From positions 96,001 through 160,000 of IMG/VR virus record IMGVR_UViG_3300047089_000244: a stretch of 64,000 nt of DNA; one strand, given 5' to 3'. Positions 59,860 through 64,000 of this stretch are shown in pieces. Numbering within the stretch: position 1 is the stretch's first letter; every line of letters starts with the position of its first letter. A program made the position numbers and the translations under genes. Below the pieces are notes generated by a model that saw only the letters and a list, made by a program, of their open reading frames with translations, was not told the DNA's origin and searched no databases. This stretch comes from a virus.

Positions 59860-60037
59860 GGGATGTTTATGATAAAGTCCCGCATACGCGAGACCAATTT
59901 TTCTGAAAGACAAAGCCCTTTGGTAGGCCGGTTATGTTTGCTCCGCTGCTCAGCCAGACGCAAATTTAATCCCTGGACAATCTGAGAACTGATGCTCCCC
60001 GCGCCCCTTACCTGGAGGTCACGACCAAAAGACTTAG

Positions 60038-60123
60038 TGCGTGCCGAGAGATTCGAACTCCCATTCCAGAGACTGGAGGGTGGGTTACAGCCACCTGCGA
60101 CAAACCGTATTCGCGTGACACGC
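60038..60123 (-). tRNA. tRNA-Tyr(GTA)
   Basis: GGTGG-CTGTAAC-CCACC; long variable arm. Confidence 0.9.
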
Positions 60124-60346
60124 ATGATACATCAGGTCCTTGATTCCGGGCGCGATCCGACGAGCAACTTGATCCCACGACCTTACTCGTTTCGGGACCA
60201 TGCGGTATGGTTACCGCTGCACTCAAGGGTTTTGCCCTGATGTGGAGGCGTTGGGTATGTCCTACAGCTATGAGGGACTATGTACGGTGCCTTCTGTGCC
60301 GTTCGGCAGGTACTATAGCAGATCCGAAAACCCACTTCCTGCTTAG

Positions 60347-60419
60347 AGCCCCTGGCGGGATTCGAACCCGCGACCATCGGGGTAGAAATCCGATGCTCTG
60401 TCCTCTGAGCTACAAGGGC
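60347..60419 (-). tRNA. tRNA-Arg(TCT)
   Basis: TCGGA-TTTCTAC-CCCGA. Confidence 0.92.
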
Positions 60420-60477
60420 TTGTGCTGCTATGTCGTGCTGCTGGAGAGCTACTATACCACACTTCAAACGGGACTTC

Positions 60478-60508
60478 AAACAAGAAAGGCTCCGATCTTC
60501 TCGGAGCC
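60478..60508 (-). terminator. rho-independent terminator upstream of the tRNA island
   Basis: GGCTCCGA-GAAGA-TCGGAGCC-TTTCTTGTTT. Confidence 0.7.
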
Positions 60509-61137
60509 CCTAGAACTCGGCCTGATGTTGGCGTTGTCTAGGGGTTAGCTCACGGTTTTCCCGTGGGCCTGTTCCTCATTCTGCTTAGGGGATAGATACA
60601 CCATCTCATGTATTGTAGCAACGGAGGAACCTAAGTTTCAAGGGTCCTTTCAAAAGATTTTCTAGCCGGAGCAATCACGACTGCGGACGAAGGTCGCGCT
60701 GACTCTCGTTGAGTCATATGCTTCGATCTCTTGACGCTTAGCATCTGACTTAGCGCAAAGCTTGCAAAGCTTTGCCTTCAGCTTGTCGATGGCTTCTTGT
60801 GGAGTCTTGCCTTTGGCTGTCCGGTCCAAAGAATCACTCCAGTCACCGAGATAAGGAATATAGGCGTGTGTTCTAGCCTCCCACTTCCATCTGAAACTAA
60901 TGGCCTCGACATTGTAGACTTCAATATTCATCGTCTCCGAGTGTCGCCGATATGTTTTCCCTTCAGACATCAGATCTCCAGGCGCGATGAAGCTTCTCCA
61001 AAGCATCCGGCTCCCGGACCTCCTGATAGCCAGTAGCCTCGTCAACCAAGGCGATGGTCCCTACCTTAGCCATCGCGATCACATCCTTCAGTGGCATACA
61101 CCATTCGCATGTGCAATTGTCTTCATGTGGGGATGGC

Positions 61138-61833
61138 TCAGGCACCATGTTCCTTTCCCTTGTCGTCATTCTTGATCGTGGTCTTGAAGAGTGAGTTGCT
61201 GTGCTTGTGGTAGGTTACGATCCCCTCCGGGTCCATGAACCCAGGTGCCGCCGATGATCCACGCACCTTGAGGGTCGAGAGGACGCCCTTGATGGCGGCC
61301 GTATCGAACTCCTCTAGTTCCGCGAGCACTGGTACAACGTGGCAGCAGTCTGGGCGACGAGTCCCGTTGTCGTTGTACTCGCCGTTCCATCGCGCCGTGT
61401 TGAAGAGGCTGAATCGCTTCTCCTCCAATCCGTATTTGCGCTGGATACCTGCGCCCCACCACTCGCCGAAGTGAACGCCGACTCCAAGGCCCATCGCCAG
61501 TTCGCGTGCGTGCTCGCGTACCCATTTGGCGAAGCCGAAGTTGTCCTGTTCCGGAGAGAGGACCTGCTTGCGCGACTGCGCGTAAACGAAGACTGGCTCC
61601 CAGCCATCCAGCTTGTGGCCGTCCGTGTTGATCACGATGCCCGGACCAACGACCTCCTCATCGCCGTAGTTGTAGGGAACCATGTCGCTCACCACGACAG
61701 CGGCGTTGGTACCATCGATCTTCTCGGTGATGACGACCGGGCGGAAGAGCCTCCCGATCTTCGGGAAGGGAGTGAAGTCTGCCTGTGGAATGAATGCGTC
61801 CTCCGGTATACGTACCTGCGCGTTGAGATCCAT
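61138..61833 (-). CDS. RNA ligase, Rnl2 family
   Basis: FPKI.R; TEKIDGTNA; QSR; DNFGFA.W; FGEWWG.GIQ; F.LFN; PEGIV; FKTT. Confidence 0.88.
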   Translation of the reverse strand: MDLNAQVRIPEDAFIPQADFTPFPKIGRLFRPVVITEKIDGTNAAVVVSDMVPYNYGDEEVVGPGIVINTDGHKLDGWEPVFVYAQSRKQVLSPEQDNFGFAKWVREHARELAMGLGVGVHFGEWWGAGIQRKYGLEEKRFSLFNTARWNGEYNDNGTRRPDCCHVVPVLAELEEFDTAAIKGVLSTLKVRGSSAAPGFMDPEGIVTYHKHSNSLFKTTIKNDDKGKEHGA

Positions 61834-61837
61834 GTCC

Positions 61838-62338
61838 TCAAGACCCATCCCACTCAACCTCCATGTATCCGTTCTCATTGCCACGATATCCTACAGCAAG
61901 ACTCTCGATCAATTGCCATGCTGATATGACTCTCGTTACACCGCCATATCCTCTCATTTGTTCGATCACATCCCCTGGAGTTGGGTCCTCCGGCGCATCT
62001 CCATCCGGCCAAACCTCATCAACAGATAGCTCCACATCGGGGAATGAAATAAGAAACTTGCGCTGCTCAGAAGTGGGTGTCTGTCCTGTGCGGTCCATGA
62101 TACTGTCATAAAGTTTCTCAAGTTGCTCCGGCCCATACTCGTCCGATGTCTCCTCAGATTTGAACGCGACGAGAGGCATCTGTATGACAGAACTATCAAC
62201 CAAACGTTCAATAGCATTTGCTAATAGATGGATTGCGCATTCAATCTCCGTTGTATTAGAGAATTGTTTAGGTAACACGCGGCGGGCTTGAACTACCAAG
62301 TCCTTGACCGCGCGCTCCCTTGTAGAGTCTTCCATCAA
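61838..62338 (-). CDS. hypothetical protein
   Basis: ORF track; L.VDEVWPDGDAPE.PT motif. Confidence 0.6.
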   Translation of the reverse strand: MMEDSTRERAVKDLVVQARRVLPKQFSNTTEIECAIHLLANAIERLVDSSVIQMPLVAFKSEETSDEYGPEQLEKLYDSIMDRTGQTPTSEQRKFLISFPDVELSVDEVWPDGDAPEDPTPGDVIEQMRGYGGVTRVISAWQLIESLAVGYRGNENGYMEVEWDGS

Positions 62339-62339
62339 C

Positions 62340-63053
62340 CTACCTCACCTCGTCAATGAAACCATAGCCGAGCGCTGTATCAGCGGTCATCCACCAATCC
62401 TTACGACTCCAACTACGTTTGATGAATCCCTTGGTGGTCTTTTTGTTGATCAATTCTGCTCGGGAGGCGAAGAGATTCAGGATACGCTCGTGCATGATCT
62501 CCACAAATTTGACCTGATCCTCGATCTTACCGAAGGAACCGACTGCTCCGAATTGCGCCTCGTGGATAAGAAGGAAAGCGTTCTCACCCATAATACGCTT
62601 GTTGCCTGTCTGAAGAAGGACGCCAGCCATTGATGCCGCAGCACCCAAAGCCCTCGTGTTGATCGTGTGTCCTTTGGCGCGAAGATCGAAGATGAAATCG
62701 ACTAGCGCAAAGCCATCGATAACCGCCCCCCCAGGAGAGTTAATCTGAAGCTCGATCTCGCAGTTGTCCTTCTGCCTAGTCCAAAGTACCAACTGATTGA
62801 TGCACGCCTTGACTGAATCTTCATCAACCGGCCTGTCGAAAACGTACACGGAGTTGTGCTGGTTCTTTGCAAGCTCATCTAACTCAGCACGTTTCTTTGC
62901 GGCCAGCAAGATCTCTGCTTGCTTTGCTTCGGCAGTTACTTTGCGAGCCTCGGCTCTGTGAAGCTGAGCTTCCTCGTGAGCGGCCTCGGCCTCGGCCGTA
63001 AACTTGTTACGCTCCTCGATAGTTGTCTCCTTATCTTCTTTTCTGGCGGGCAT
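62340..63053 (-). CDS. clpP: ClpP-like protease with N-terminal coiled coil
   Basis: INSPGG..DG; AASMAG (Ser); LIHE (His); KDWW (Asp); A..YGFIDEV. Confidence 0.9.
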   Translation of the reverse strand: MPARKEDKETTIEERNKFTAEAEAAHEEAQLHRAEARKVTAEAKQAEILLAAKKRAELDELAKNQHNSVYVFDRPVDEDSVKACINQLVLWTRQKDNCEIELQINSPGGAVIDGFALVDFIFDLRAKGHTINTRALGAAASMAGVLLQTGNKRIMGENAFLLIHEAQFGAVGSFGKIEDQVKFVEIMHERILNLFASRAELINKKTTKGFIKRSWSRKDWWMTADTALGYGFIDEVR

Positions 63054-63114
63054 CGCATTCCTCCTCGGAATCTTTACATTTAGTTATGGAAGTTCTATGG
63101 CCAGTGTAGCAAGA

Positions 63115-63560
63115 CTACTTCTTTGGTTTCTTTGTCGCACACTTCACGATCACGCCATCCTCATCTGCAAGCTTTTCAAGGATAGCTTCATCGATCGTGC
63201 CACTCATACCGAGAGCACCGGCCTCTCCATAGATCGCAATCACCGAGCAACGTCCATCGTTGTTTGCCATCACCGGAATACGGATCGGGCCGATACGAAA
63301 TTCGTCTCCGCGTCGTATCACTTTAATGGCACAGTCTTCATCGCCGCGATCTCACGCCTGCGCTTGAGACGATCGGCCGTTGCCTTTTCCTGAGCCTTCT
63401 CAACGGCCTGCATCTCAGAGTCGGCAGAACCGCTCCCTATCTGTATATTCTGACTCCAGCGCTCTCCCGCGCGGGTAGATGCAAAGACGTAGAAGTTCCA
63501 GCGAAAGTTTTCAAGCTCATAAAGCTTGACCTCATAACGGATAGAATCTAAAATCCCCAT
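63115..63560 (-). CDS. two small hypothetical ORFs (63115-63321; 63318-~63560)
   Basis: ATGA-coupled ORFs. Confidence 0.5.
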
Positions 63561-63735
63561 CCGCCGTCCTTCCCGCGCGGATGACGAAGAGGCTCGCACT
63601 CTGCTAGAGGACGCCCCGCAGGTAGACGACGATACGCTGGATGGCGGTCGTCACGTTCGCGGGTCTTGTCCGACTTTTTCTTTGGTAGTGCTTGCGGTGT
63701 TGGCGTCTTCTTCATACAACGCAGTGTAGCACGAA

Positions 63736-64000
63736 TTAGACTCCGCAGGCACCCGACCTACATTGTGCTGTGCGAGCGGCATCCTCCTCGAAGGTGACCC
63801 CGGTCTGCCCAAGAGCTACCTCGTAAGGTACACCCTCAAGAGGCTGACCTGCACGAGCACCGTTCGGATAGCACGTCACGCCACGCAGGCGCGGAAGGTA
63901 TGGATAGAGCGTGTCCGCGAAATCACGAGCCTCACTCGGGTCCGTAATCGGGTACGGTAAGTTGATCGTGGATGCAATACCATGGTCCACGTACTCCTGG
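63736..64000 (-). CDS. ribonucleotide reductase large subunit (class II-like), C-terminal fragment
   Basis: Q.YVDHGIASTINLP, LRGVTCYP.GAR.GQPL, terminal CRSGAC; runs off the window edge. Confidence 0.85.
   Translation of the reverse strand, partial: QEYVDHGIASTINLPYPITDPSEARDFADTLYPYLPRLRGVTCYPNGARAGQPLEGVPYEVALGQTGVTFEEDAARTAQCRSGACGV

Noticed and set aside
49140-60420. SRP RNA, GOLLD or ROOL RNA in the tRNA island
   Set aside because: No SRP helix-8 motif was found, and no ORF-free gap is long enough for those large RNAs.
49280-60550. Many ORF-track entries overlapping tRNAs, rnpB and ssrA
   Set aside because: They are translations of RNA genes (GSNP/GFES-type peptides from T arms) without protein-like features.

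Overview
This 64 kb window comes from a large tailed dsDNA bacteriophage, most plausibly an actinobacterial myovirus resembling the Bxz1/E3 group. The host assignment is an inference from leaderless extended -10 promoters, an L,D-transpeptidase and the portal/TerL/head gene layout. Almost all genes lie on the minus strand. In order, it holds: small accessory ORFs; an AAA ATPase; a 1390-aa multidomain protein; tail-collar, collagen-like and L,D-transpeptidase genes; modular ORFs built from a 'REDTER' repeat; two more multidomain proteins (a 562-aa nucleotidyltransferase fusion and a 1235-aa CCA-adding enzyme fusion); nucleotide-metabolism genes; portal, head-associated genes, TerL, tail fibres and a lysis pair. 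An RNA island of about 11 kb (49.1-60.4 kb) follows, with about 39 CCA-less tRNAs covering all 20 amino acids, a tmRNA, an RNase P RNA, several non-canonical tRNA-like RNAs, Pth2 and HNH genes. The window ends with an Rnl2-type RNA ligase, a ClpP-like protease and the end of a ribonucleotide reductase. Two candidates stand out. (1) Three polyproteins join swappable enzyme modules through [KRH]-x-A linkers that also recur in the portal and head proteins, and several modules end in W-[DHN]-F; this suggests protease-processed, virion-delivered counter-defence and RNA-repair cargo. (2) The phage carries a nearly self-contained tRNA maturation, repair and ribosome-rescue system that includes its own RNase P ribozyme. 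All calls come from reading motifs and folding by eye; no searches were run.
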